A stretch of DNA of 64,000 nucleotides from Eledone cirrhosa. Taxonomy: Eukaryota. The notes under the pieces are model-generated. The model saw only the letters and a program-made list of their open reading frames with translations. It did not search any database and was not told the origin of the DNA. Shown here piece after piece: positions 49,801 to 64,000 of this stretch. A program made the position numbers and the translations under genes. How positions within the stretch are numbered: the stretch's first letter is position 1; each line of letters opens with the position of its first letter. Where the stretch lies: positions 228,532,001 through 228,596,000 of the forward strand of contig OZ024740.1 of NCBI GenBank assembly GCA_964016885.1, given 5' to 3'.

Positions 49801-52800
49801 TCATTTTAGTCATTGAACACAATTACAGTGTACAATAGTCATTTTAGTAATTGAACAGAATTACAGTGTACAAGAGTCATTTTAGTCATTGAACACAATT
49901 ACAGTGTACAATTGTCATTTTAGTCATTGAACACAATTACAGTGTACAAGAGTCATTTTAGTCATTGAACACAATTACAGTGTACAATAGTCATATTAGT
50001 CATTGAACACAATTACAGTGTACAAGAGTCATTTTAGTCATTGAACACAATTACAGTGTACAATAGTCATTTTAGTCATTGAACACAATTACAGTGTACA
50101 ATAGTCATTTTAGTCATTGAACACAATTACAGTGTACAATAGTCATTTTAGTCATTGAACACAATTACAGTGTACAATAGTCATTTTAGTCATTGAACAC
50201 AATTACAGTGTACAATAGTCATTTTAGTCATTGAACACAATTACAGTGTACAATAGTCATATTAGACATTGAACACAATTACAGTGTACAAGAGTCATTT
50301 TAGTCATTGAACACAATTACAGTGGACAATAGTCATTTTAGTCATTGAACACAATTACAGTGTACAAGAGTCATTTTAGTCATTGAACACAATTACAGTG
50401 TACAATAGTCATTTTAGTCATTGAACACACTTACAGTGTACAAGAGTCATTTTAGTCATTCAACACAATTACAGTGTACAATAGTCATTTTAGTCATTGA
50501 ACACAATTACAGTGTACAATAGTCATTTTAGTCATTGAACACAATTACAGTGTACGATAGTCATTTTAGTCATTGAACACAATTACAGTGTACAATAGTC
50601 ATTTTAGTCATTGAACACAATTACAGTGTACAATAGTCATTTTAGTCATTGAACACAATTACAGTGTACAATAGTCATTTTAGTCATTGAACTCAATTAC
50701 AGTGTACAATAGTCATTTTAGTCATTGAACACAATTACAGTGTACAATAGTCATTTTAGTCATTGAACACAATTACAGTGTACAATAGACATATTAGTCA
50801 TTGAACACAATTACAGTGTACAAGTGTCATTTTAGTCATTGAACACAATTACAGTGTACAATAGTCATTTTAGTCATTGAACACAATTACAGTGTACAAG
50901 AGTCATTTTAGTCATTGAACAGAATTACAGTGTACAATAGTCATTTTAGTCATTGAACACAATTACAATGTACAATAGTCATTTTAGTCATTGAACACAA
51001 TTACAGTGTACAATAGTCATTTTAGTCATTGAACACAATTACAGTGTACAATAGTCATATTAGTCATTGAACACAATTACAGTGTACAAGAGTCATTTTA
51101 GTCATTGAACACAATTACAGTGTACAAGAGTCATTTTAGTCATTGAACACAATTACAGTGTACAAGAGTCATTTTAGTCATTGAACACAATTACAGTGTA
51201 CAATAGTCATTTTAGTCATTGAACACAATTACAGTGTACAATAGTCATTTTAGTCATTGAACACAATTACAGTGTACAGTAGTCATTTTAGTCATTGAAC
51301 ACAATTACAGTGTAGAATAGTCATTTTAGTCATTGAACACAATTACAGTGTACAATAGTCATTTTAGTCATTGAGCTCAATTAGAGTGTACAATAGTCAT
51401 TTTAGTCATTGAACACAATTACAGTGTACAATAGTCATTTTAGTCATTGTACACAATTACAGTGTACAATAGTCATTTTAGTCATTGAACACAATTACAG
51501 TGTACAATAGTCATTTTAGTCATTGAACACAATTACAGTGTACAATAGTCATTTTAGTCATTGAACACAATTACAGTGTACAATAGTCATTTTAGTCATT
51601 GAACACAATTACAATGTACAATAGTCATTTTAGTCATTGAACACAATTACAGTGTACAACAGTCATATTAGTCATTGAACACAATTACAGTGTACAATAG
51701 TCATTTTAGTCATTGAACACAATTACAGTGTACAATAGTCATTTTAGTCATTGTACACAATTACAGTGTACAATAGTCATTTTAGTCATTGTATACAATG
51801 ACAGTGTACAATAGTCATTTTAGTCATTGTACACAATTACAGTGTACAATAGTCAGTTTAGTCATTGAACACAATTACAGTGTACAATAGTCATTTTAGT
51901 CATTGAACACAATTACAGTGTACAATAGTCATTTTAGTCATTGAACACAATTACAGTGTACAAGAGTCATTTTAGTCATTGAACAGAATAACAGTGTACA
52001 ATAGTCATTTTAGTCATTGAACACAATTACAATGTACAATAGTCATTTTAGTCATTGAACACAATTACAGTGTACAATAGTCATTTTAGTCATTGAACAC
52101 AATTACAGTGTACAATAGTCATATTAGACATTGAACACAATTACAGTGTACAAGAGTCATTTTAGTCATTGAACACAATTACAGTGTACAATAGTCATTT
52201 TAGTCATTGAACACAATTACAATGTACAATAGTCATTTTAGTCATTGAACACAACTACAGTGTACAATAGTCATTTTAGTCATTGAACACAATTACAGTG
52301 TACAAGAGTCATTTTAGTCATTGAACACAATTACAGTGTACAAGAGTCATTTTAGTCATTGAACACAATTACAGTGTACAAGAGTCATTTTAGTCATTGA
52401 ACACAATCACAGTGTACAATAGTCATATTAGTCATTGAACACAATTACAGTGTACAAGAGTCATTTTAGTCATTGAACACAATTACAGTGTACAATAGTT
52501 TATATTAGTCATTGAACACAATTACAGTGTACAAGAGTCATTTTAGTCATTGAACACAATTACAGTGTACAATAGTCATTTTAGTCATTGAACACAATTA
52601 CAGTGTACAATAGTCATTTTAGTCATTGAACACAATTACAGTGTACAATAGTCATTTTATTCATTGAACACAATTACAGTGTACAATAGTCATTTTAGTC
52701 ATTGAACACAATTACAGTGTACAATAGTCATTTTAGTCATTGAACACAATTACAGTGTACAATAGTCATTTTAGTCATTGAACACAATTACAGTGTACAA

Positions 52801-55800
52801 TAGTCATTTTAGTCATTGAACACAATTACAGTGTACAATAGTCATTTTAGTCATTGAACACAATTACAGTGTACAATAGTCATTTTAGTCATTGAACACA
52901 ATTACTGTGTACAATAGTCATATTAGTCATTGAACACAATTACAGTGTACAATAGTCATTTTAGTCATTGAACACAATTACAGTGTACAATAGTCATTTT
53001 AGTCATTGAACACAATTACAGTGTACAATAGTCATTTTAGTCATTGAGCTCAATTACAGTGTACAATAGTCATTTTAGTCATTGAACACAATTACAGTGT
53101 ACAATAGTCATTTTAGTCATTGTACACAATTACAGTGTACAATAGTCATTTTAGTCATTGAACACAATTACAGTGTACAATAGTCATTTTAGTCATTGAA
53201 CACAATTACAGTGTACAATAGTCATTTTAGTCATTGAACACAATTACAGTGTACAATAGTCATTTTAGTCATTGAACACAATTACAGTGTACAATAGTCA
53301 TATTAGTCATTGAACACAATTACAGTGTACAATAGTCATTTTAGTCATTGAACACAATTACAGTGTACAATAGTCATTTTAGTCATTGTACACAATTACA
53401 GTGTACAATAGTCATTTTAGTCATTGTATACAATGACAGTGTACAATAGTCATTTTAGTCATTGTACACAATTACAGTGTACAATAGTCATTTTAGTCAT
53501 TGAACACAATTACTGTGTACAATAGTCATTTTAGTCATTGAACACAATTACAGTGTACAATAGTCATTTTAGTCATTGAACACAATTACAGTGTACAAGA
53601 GTCATTTTAGTCATTGAACACAATTACAGTGTACAATAGTCATTTTAGTCATTGAACACAATTACAGTGTACAATAGTCATTTTAGTCATTGAACACAAT
53701 TACAGTGTACAATAGTCATTTTAGTCATTGAACACAATTACAGTGTACAATAGTCATATTAGACATTGAACACAATTACAGTGTACAAGAGTCATTTTAG
53801 TCATTGAACACAATTACAGTGTACAATAGTCATTTTAGTCATTGAACACAATTACAGTGTACAATAGTCATTTTAGTCATTGAACACATTTACAGTGTAC
53901 AATAGTCATTTTAGTCATTGAACACAATTACAGTGTACAAGAGTCATTTTAGTCATTGAACACTATTACAGTGTACAAGAGTCATTTTAGTCATTGAACA
54001 CAATTACAGTGTACAATAGTCATTTTAGTCATTGAACACAATTACAGTGTACAATAGTCATATTAGTCATTGAAGACAATTACAGTGTACAAGAGTCATT
54101 TTAGTCATTGAACACAATTACAGTGTACAATAGTTTATATTAGTCATTGAACACAATTACAGTGTACAAGAGTCATTTTAGTCATTGAACACAATTACAG
54201 TGTACAATAGTCATTTTAGTCATTGAACACAATTACAGTGTACAATAGTCATTTTAGTCATTGAACACAATTACAGTGTACAATAGTCATTTTAGTCATT
54301 GAACACAATTACAGTGTACAATAGTCATTTTATTCATTGAACACAATTACAGTGTACAATAGTCATTTTAGTCATTGAACTCAATTACAGTGTACAATAG
54401 TCATTTTAGTCATTGAACTCAATTACAGTGTACAATAGTCATTTTAGTCATTGAACACAATTACAGTGTACAATAGTCATTTTAGTCATTGAACAGAATT
54501 TCAGTGTACAATAGTCATTTTAGTCATTGAACTCAATTACAGTGTACAATAGTCATTTTAGTCATTGAACACAATTACAGTGTACAATAGTCATATTAGT
54601 CATTGTACACAATTACAGTGTACAATAGTCATTTTAGTCATTGAACACAATTACAGTGTACAATAGTCATTTTAGTCATTGAACACAATTACAGTGTACA
54701 ATAGTCATTTTAGTCATTGAACACAATTACAGTGTACAAGAGTCATTTTAGTCATTGAACACAATTACAGTGTACAAGAGTCATTTTAGTCATTGAACAC
54801 AATTACAGTGTACAATAGTCATTTTAGTCATAGAACACAATTACAGTGTACAATAGTCATTTTAGTCATTGAACACAATTACAGTGTACAATAGTCATTT
54901 TAGTCATTGAACACAATTACAGTGCACAGTAGTCATTTTAGTCATTGGACACAATTACAGTGTACAATAGTCATTTTAGTCATTGAACACAATTACAGTG
55001 TACAATAGTCATTTTAGTCATTGAGCTCAATTAGAGTGTACAATAGTCATTTTAGTCATTGAACACAATTACAGTGTACAATAGTCATTTTAGTCATTGT
55101 ACACAATTACAGTGTACAATAGTCATTTTAGTCATTGAACACAATTACAGTGTACAATAGTCATTTTAGTCATTGAACACAATTACAGTGTACAATAGTC
55201 ATTTTAGTCATTGAACACAATTACAGTGTACAATAGTCATTTTAGTCATTGAACACAATTACAATGTACAATAGTCATTTTAGTCATTGAACACAATTAC
55301 AGTGTACAACAGTCATATTAGTCATTGAACACAATTACAGTGTACAATAGTCATTTTAGTCATTGAACACAATTACAGTGTACAATAGTCATTTTAGTCA
55401 TTGTACACAATTACAGTGTACAATAGTCATTTTAGTCATTGTATACAATGACAGTGTACAATAGTCATTTTAGTCATTGTACACAATTACAGTGTACAAT
55501 AGTCATTTTAGTCATTGAACACAATTACAGTGTACAATAGTCATTTTTGTCATTGAACACAATTACAGTGTACAATAGTCATTTTAGTCATTGAACACAA
55601 TTACAGTGTACAAGAGTCATTTTAGTCATTGAACAGAATAACAGTGTACAATAGTCATTTTAGTCATTGAACACAATTACAATGTACAATAGTCATTTTA
55701 GTCATTGAACACAATTACAGTGTACAATAGTCATCTTAGTCATTGAACACAATTACAGTGTACAATAGTCATATTAGACATTGAACACAATTACAGTGTA

Positions 55801-58800
55801 CAAGAGTCATTTTAGTCATTGAACACAATTACAGTGTACAATAGTCATTTTAGTCATTGAACACAATTACAGTGTACAATAGTCATTTTAGTCATTGAAC
55901 ACAACTACAGTGTACAATAGTCATTTTAGTCATTGAACACAATTACAGTGTACAAGAGTCATTTTAGTCATTGAACACAATTACAGTGTACAAGAGTCAT
56001 TTTAGTCATTGAACACAATTACAGTGTACAAGAGTCATTTTAGTCATTGAACACAATCACAGTGTACAATAGTCATATTAGTCATTCAACACAATTACAG
56101 TGTACAAGAGTCATTTTAGTCATTGAACACAATTACAGTGTACAATAGTTTATATTAGTCATTGAACACAATTACAGTGTACAAGAGTCATTTTAGTCAT
56201 TGAACACAATTACAGTGTACAATAGTCATTTTAGTCATTGAACACAATTACAGTGTACAATAGTCATTTTAGTCATTGAACACAATTACAGTGTACAATA
56301 GTCATTTTATTCATTGAACACAATTACAGTGTACAATAGTCATTTTAGTCATTGAACACAATTACAGTGTACAATAGTCATTTTAGTCATTGAACACAAT
56401 TACAGTGTACAATAGTCATTTTAGTCATTGAACACAATTACAGTGTACAATAGTCATTTTAGTCATTGAACACAATTACAGTGTACAATAGTCATATTAG
56501 ACATTGAACACAATTACAGTGTACAAGAGTCATTTTAGTCATTGAACACAATTACAGTGTACAATAGTCATTTTAGTCATTGAACACAATTACAGTGTAC
56601 AATAGTCATTTTAGTCATTGAACACAACTACAGTGTACAATAGTCATTTTAGTCATTGAACTCAATTACAGTGTACAAGAGTCATTTTAGTCATTGAACA
56701 CAATTACAGTGTACAAGAGTCATTTTAGTCATTGAACACAATTACAGTGTACAAGAGTCATTTTAGTCATTGAACACAATCACAGTGTACAATAGTCATA
56801 TTAGTCACTGAACACAATTACAGTGTACAAGAGTCATTTAAGTCATTGAACACAATTACAGTGTACAATAGTTTATATTAGTCATTGAACACAATTACAG
56901 TGTACAAGAGTCATTTTAGTCATTGAACACAATTACAGTGTACAATAGTCATTTTAGTCATTGAACACAATTACAGTGTACAATAGTCATTTTAGTCATT
57001 GAACACAATTACAGTGTACAATAGTCATTTTATTCATTGAACACAATTACAGTGTACAATAGTCATTTTAGTCATTGAACACAATTACAGTGTACAATAG
57101 TCATTTTAGTGATTGAACACAATTACAGTGTACAATAGTCATTTTAGTCATTGAACACAATTACAGTGTACAATAGTCATTTTAGTCATTGAACACAATT
57201 ACAGTGTACAATAGTAATTTTAGTCATTGTACACAATTACAGTGTACAATAGTCATTTTAGTCATTGAACACAATTACAGTGTACAATAGTCATTTTAGT
57301 CATTGAACACAATTACTGTGTACAATAGTCATATTAGTCATTGAACACAATTACAGTGTACAAGAGTCATTTTAGTCATTGAACACAATTACAGTGTACA
57401 ATAGTCATTTTAGTCATTGAACACAATTACAGTGTACAATAGTCATTTTAGTCATTGAGCTCAATTACAGTGTACAATAGTCATTTTAGTCATTGAACAC
57501 AATTCCAGTGTACAATAGTCATTTTAGTCATTGTACACAATTACAGTGTACAATAGTCATTTTAGTCATTGAACACAATTACAGTGTACAATAGTCATTT
57601 TAGTCATTGAACACAATTACAGTGTACAATAGTCATTTTAGTCATTGAACACAATTACAGTGTACAATAGTCATTTTAGTCATTGAACACAATTACAGTG
57701 TACAATAGTCATATTAGTCATTGAACACAATTACAGTGTACAATAGTCATTTTAGTCATTGAACACAATTACAGTGTACAATAGTCATTTTAGTCATTGT
57801 ACACAATTACAGTGTACAATAGTCATTTTAGTCATTGTATACAATGACAGTGTACAATAGTCATTTTAGTCATTGTACACAATTACAGTGTACAATAGTC
57901 ATTTTAGTCATTGAACACAATTACAGTGTACAATAGTCATTTTAGTCATTGAACACAATTACAGTGTACAATAGTCATTTTAGTCATTGAACACAATTAC
58001 AGTGTACAAGAGTCATTTTAGTCATTGAACAGAATTACAGTGTACAATAGTCATTTTAGTCATTGAACACAATTACAATGTACAATAGTCATTTTAGTCA
58101 TTGAACACAATTACAGTGTACAATAGTCATTTTAGTCATTGAACACAAGTACAGTGTACAATAGTCATATTAGACATTGAACACAATTACAGTGTACAAG
58201 AGTCATTTTAGTCATTGAACACAATTACAGTGTACAATAGTCATTTTAGTCATTGAACACAATTACAGTGTACAATAGTCATTTTAGTCATTGAACACAA
58301 TTACAGTGTACAATAGTCATTTTAGTCATTGAACACAATTACAGTATACAAGAGTCATTTTAGTCATTGAACACAATTACAGTGTACAAGAGTCATTTTA
58401 GTCATTGAACACAATTACAGTGTACAAGAGTCATTTTAGTCATTGAACACAATTACAGTGTACAATAGTCATATTAGTCATTGAAGACAATTACAGTGTA
58501 CAAGAGTCATTTTAGTCATTGAACACAATTACAGTGTACAATAGTTTATATTAGTCATTGAACACAATTACAGTGTACAAGAGTCATTTTAGTCATTGAA
58601 CACAATTACAGTGTACAATAGTCATTTTAGTCATTGAACACAATTACAGTGTACAATAGTCATTTTAGTCATTGAACACAATTACAGTGTACAATAGTCA
58701 TTTTAGTCATTGAACACAATTACAGTGTACAATAGTCATTTTATTCATTGAACACAATTACAGTGTACAATAGTCATTTTAGTCATTGAACACAATTACA

Positions 58801-61800
58801 GTGTACAATAGTCATTTTAGTCATTGAACACAATTACAGTGTACAATAGTCATTTTAGTCATTGAACACAATTACAGTGTACAATAGTCATTTTAGTCAT
58901 TGAACTCAATTACAGTGTACAATAGTCATTTTAGTCATTGAACTCAATTACAGTGTACAATAGTCATTTTAGTCATTGAACACAATTACAGTGTACAATA
59001 GTCATTTTAGTCATTGAACAGAATTACAGTGTACAATAGTCATTTTAGTCATTGAACTCAATTAGAGTGTACAATAGTCATTTTAGTCATTGAACACAAT
59101 TACAGTGTACAATAGTCATATTAGTCATTGTACACAATTACAGTGTACAATAGTCATTTTAGTCATTGAACACAATTACAGTGTACAATAGTCATTTTAG
59201 TCATTGAACACAATTACAGTGTACAATAGTCATTTTAGTCATTGAACACAATTACAGTGTACAAGAGTCATTTTAGTCATTGAACACAATTACAGTGTAC
59301 AATAGTCATGTTAGTCATTGAACACAATTACAGTGTACAAGAGTCATTTTAGTCATTGAACACAATTACAGTGTACAATAGTCATATTAGTCATTGAACA
59401 CAATTAGAGTGTACAAGAGTCATTTTAGTCATTGAACACAATTACAGTGTACAATAGTTATATTAGTCATTGAACACAATTACAGTGGACAAGAGTCATT
59501 TTAGTCATTGAACACAATTACAGTGTACAATAGTCATTTTAGTCATTGAACACAATTACAGTGTACAATAGTCAATTTAGTCGTTGAACACAATTACAGT
59601 GTACAATAGTCATTTTAGTCATTGAACACAATTACAGTGTACAATAGTCATTTTAGTCATTGAACACAATTACAGTGTACAATAGTCATTTTAGTCATTG
59701 AACACAATTACAGTGTACAATAGTTTATATTAGTCATTGAACACAATTACAGTGTACAAGAGTCATTTTAGTCATTGAACACAATTACAGTGTACAATAG
59801 TCATTTTAGTCATTGAACACAATTACAGTGTACAATAGTCATTTTAGTCATTGAACACAATTACAGTGTACAATAGTCATTTTAGTCATTGAACACAATT
59901 ACAGTGTACAATAGTCATTTTATTCATTGAACACAATTACAGTGTACAATAGTCATTTTAGTCATTGAACACAATTACAGTGTACAATAGTCATTTTAGT
60001 CATTGAACACAATTACAGTGTACAATAGTCATTTTAGTCATTGAACACAATTACAGTGTACAATAGTCATTTTAGTCATTGAACTCAATTACAGTGTACA
60101 ATAGTCATTTTAGTCATTGAACTCAATTACAGTGTACAATAGTCATTTTAGTCATTGAACACAATTACAGTGTACAATAGTCATTTTAGTCATTGAACAG
60201 AATTACAGTGTACAATAGTCATTTTAGTCATTGAACACAATTAGAGTGTACAATAGTCATTTTAGTCATTGAACACAATTACAGTGTACAATAGTCATAT
60301 TAGTCATTGAACACAATTAGAGTGTACAAGAGTCATTTTAGTCATTGAACACAATTACAGTGTACAATAGTCATGTTAGTCATTGAACACAATTACAGTG
60401 TACAAGAGTCATTTTAGTCATTGAACACAATTACAGTGTACAATAGTCATATTAGTCATTGAACACAATTAGAGTGTACAAGAGTCATTTTAGTCATTGA
60501 ACACAATTACAGTGTACAATAGTTATATTAGTCATTGAACACAATTACAGTGGACAAGAGTCATTTTAGTCATTGAACACAATTACAGTGTACAATAGTC
60601 ATTTTAGTCATTGAACACAATTACAGTGTACAATAGTCAATTTAGTCGTTGAACACAATTACAGTGTACAATAGTCATTTTAGTCATTGAACACAATTAC
60701 AGTGTACAATAGTCATTTTAGTCATTGAACACAATTACAGTGTACAATAGTCATTTTAGTCATTGAACACAATTACAGTGTACAATAGTTTATATTAGTC
60801 ATTGAACACAATTACAGTGTACAAGAGTCATTTTAGTCATTGAACACAATTACAGTGTACAATAGTCATTTTAGTCATTGAACACAATTACAGTGTACAA
60901 TAGTCATTTTAGTCATTGAACACAATTACAGTGTACAATAGTCATTTTAGTCATTGAACACAATTACAGTGTACAATAGTCATTTTATTCATTGAACACA
61001 ATTACAGTGTACAATAGTCATTTTAGTCATTGAACACAATTACAGTGTACAATAGTCATTTTAGTCATTGAACACAATTACAGTGTACAATAGTCATTTT
61101 AGTCATTGAACACAATTACAGTGTACAATAGTCATTTTAGTCATTGAACTCAATTACAGTGTACAATAGTCATTTTATTCATTGAACTCAATTACAGTGT
61201 ACAATAGTCATTTTAGTCATTGAACACAATTACAGTGTACAATAGTCATTTTAGTCATTGAACAGAATTACAGTGTACAATAGTCATTTTAGTCATTGAA
61301 CTCAATTAGAGTGTACAATAGTCATTTTAGTCATTGAACACAATTACAGTGTACAATAGTCATATTAGTCATTGTACACAATTACAGTGTACAATAGTCA
61401 TTTTAGTCATTGAACACAATTACAGTGTACAATAGTCATTTTAGTCATTGAACACAATTACAGTGTACAATAGTCATTTTAGTCATTGAACACAATTACA
61501 GTGTACAAGAGTCATTTTAGTCATTGAACACAATTACAGTGTACAATAGTCATGTTAGTCATTGAACACAATTACAGTGTACAAGAGTCATTTTAGTCAT
61601 TGAACACAATTACAGTGTACAATAGTCATATTAGTCATTGAACACAATTAGAGTGTACAAGAGTCATTTTAGTCATTGAACACAATTACAGTGTACAATA
61701 GTTATATTAGTCATTGAACACAATTACAGTGGACAAGAGTCATTTTAGTCATTGAACACAATTACAGTGTACAATAGTCATTTTAGTCATTGAACACAAT

Positions 61801-64000
61801 TACAGTGTACAATAGTCAATTTAGTCGTTGAACACAATTACAGTGTACAATAGTCATTTTAGTCATTGAACACAATTACAGTGTACAATAGTCATTTTAG
61901 TCATTGAACACAATTACAGTGTACAATAGTCATTTTAGTCATTGAACACAATTACAGTGTACAATAGTCATTTTAGTCATTGAACACAATTACAGTGTAC
62001 AATAGTCATTTTAGTCATTGAACTCAATTACAGTGTACAATAGTCATTTTAGTCATTGAACAGAATTACAGTGTACAATAGTCATTTTAGTCATTGAACA
62101 CAATTACAGTGTACAATAGTCATTTTAGTCATTGTACACAATTACAGTGTACAATAGTCATTTTAGTTATTGAACACAATTACAGTGTACAATAGTCATT
62201 TTAGTCATTGAACACAATTACAGTGTACAATAGTCATTTTAGTCATTGAACACAATTACAGTGTACAATAGTTATTTTAGTCATTGAACACAATTACAGT
62301 GTACAATAGTCATATTAGTCATTGAACACAATTACAGTGTACAATAGTCATTTTAGTCATTGAACACAATTACAGTGTACAATAGTCATTTTAATCATTG
62401 AAAACAATTACAGTGTACAATAGTCATTTTAGTCATTGTACACAATTACAGTGTACAATAGTCACTTTAGTCATTGAACACAATTACAGTGTACAATACT
62501 CATTTTAGTCATTGAACACAATTACAGTGTACAATAGTCATTTTAGTCATTGAACACAATTGCAGTGTACAATACTCATTTTAGTCATTCAACACAATTA
62601 CAGTGTACAATAGTCATTTTAGTCATTGAACACAATTACAGTGTACAATAGTCATTTTAGTCATTGTACACAATTACAGTGTACAATAGTCATTTTAGTT
62701 ATTGAACACAATTACAGTGTACAATAGTCATTTTAGTCATTGAACACAATTACAGTGTACAATAGTCATTTTAGTCATTGTACACAATTACAGTGTACAA
62801 TAGTCATTTTAGTTATTGAACACAATTACAGTGTACAATAGTCATTTTATTCATTGAACACAATTACAGTGTACAATAGTCATATTAGTCATTGAAGACA
62901 ATTACAGTGTACAAGAGTCATTTTAGTCATTGAACACAATTACAGTGTACAATAGTTTATATTAGTCATTGAACACAATTACAGTGTACAAGAGTCATTT
63001 TAGTCATTGAACACAATTACAGTGTACAATAGTCATTTTAGTCATTGAACACAATTGCAGTGTACAATACTCATTTTAGTCATTGAACACAATTACAGTG
63101 TACAATAGTCATTTTAGTCATTGAACACAATTACAGTGTACAATAGTCATTTTAGTCATTGTACACAATTACAGTGTACAATAGTCATTTTAGTTATTGA
63201 ACACAATTACAGTGTACAATAGTTATTTTAGTCATTGAACACAATTACAGTGTACAATAGTCATTTTAGTCATTGTACACAATTACAGTGTACAATAGTC
63301 ATTTTAGTTATTGAATACAATTACAGTGTACAATAGTCATTTTATTCATTGAACACAATTACAGTGTACAATAGTCATTTTAGTCATTGAACACAATTAC
63401 AGTGTACAATAGTCATTTTAGTCATTGAACACAATTACAGTGTACAATAGTCATTTTAGTCATTGAACACAATTACAGTGTACAATAGTCATTTTAGTCA
63501 TTGAACTCAATTACAGTGTACAATAGTCATTTTAGTCATTGAACTCAATTACAGTGTACAATAGTCATTTTAGTCATTGAACACAATTACAGTGTACAAT
63601 AGTCATTTTAGTCATTGAACAGAATTACAGTGTACAATAGTCATTTTAGTCATTGAACTCAATTACAGTGTACAATAGTCATTTTAGTCATTGAACACAA
63701 TTACAGTGTACAATAGTCATATTAGTCATTGTACACAATTACAGTGTACAATAGTCATTTTAGTCATTGAACACAATTACAGTGTACAATAGTCATTTTA
63801 GTCATTGGACACAATTACAGTGTACAATAGTCATTTTAGTCATTGAACACAACTACAGTGTACAAGAGTCATTTTAGTCATTGAACACAATTACAGTGTA
63901 CAATAGTCATTTTAGTCATTGAACACAATTACAGTATACAAGAGTCATTTTAGTCATTGAACACAATTACAGTGTACAATAGTCATATTAGTCATTGAAC
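31806..64000. repeat. 38-bp satellite DNA array, ~850 head-to-tail monomers, consensus CATTGAACACAATTACAGTGTACAATAGTCATTTTAGT; continues beyond the window
   Basis: The period is 38 (CATTG at 31911 and 31949). GC content is 11/38. I saw a single orientation and no insertions. Most monomers differ from consensus at 0-2 positions, with rare 37- and 39-bp variants. Confidence 0.99.

Noticed and set aside
31806-64000. CRISPR array (38-bp partly palindromic repeat containing ATTGAAC, similar to the ATTGAAAC end of many CRISPR repeats)
   Set aside because: The monomers are contiguous with no unique spacers, there are no cas genes, and the context is eukaryotic.
31806-64000. Coding tandem repeat
   Set aside because: 38 is not a multiple of 3, stop codons recur on both strands, and the ORF track shows nothing inside the array.

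Overview
Eukaryotic, repeat-dominated DNA with no recognisable intact host gene. The SINE types and microsatellite load suggest a cephalopod such as Octopus, but this is inferred from repeat content only. Bases 1-31,800 are a mosaic of decayed mobile elements: two mariner remnants, two divergently oriented Tx1-like LINEs (one near full length), two or three RTE LINEs, a Helitron RepHel remnant, two non-autonomous Helitron-like elements, about a dozen tRNA-derived SINEs, and several short fold-back elements carrying hammerhead-ribozyme-like cores. Bases ~31,806-64,000 are one head-to-tail array of a 38-bp AT-rich satellite (~850 monomers, running off the window end) with nested multi-monomer duplications. 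The most interesting signals are: (1) each retroelement class sits in its own microsatellite (Tx1 in (TATC)n, RTE in (TATG)n, fold-backs near (TA)n); (2) several distinct minimal type-I hammerhead motifs, one nearly intact; (3) a splice-donor consensus overlapping the ORF1 stop codon in both Tx1 copies, where splicing would fuse ORF1 to ORF2 in frame. Everything was read by eye, so coordinates may be off by a few bases and family names come from motif recognition, not database searches.
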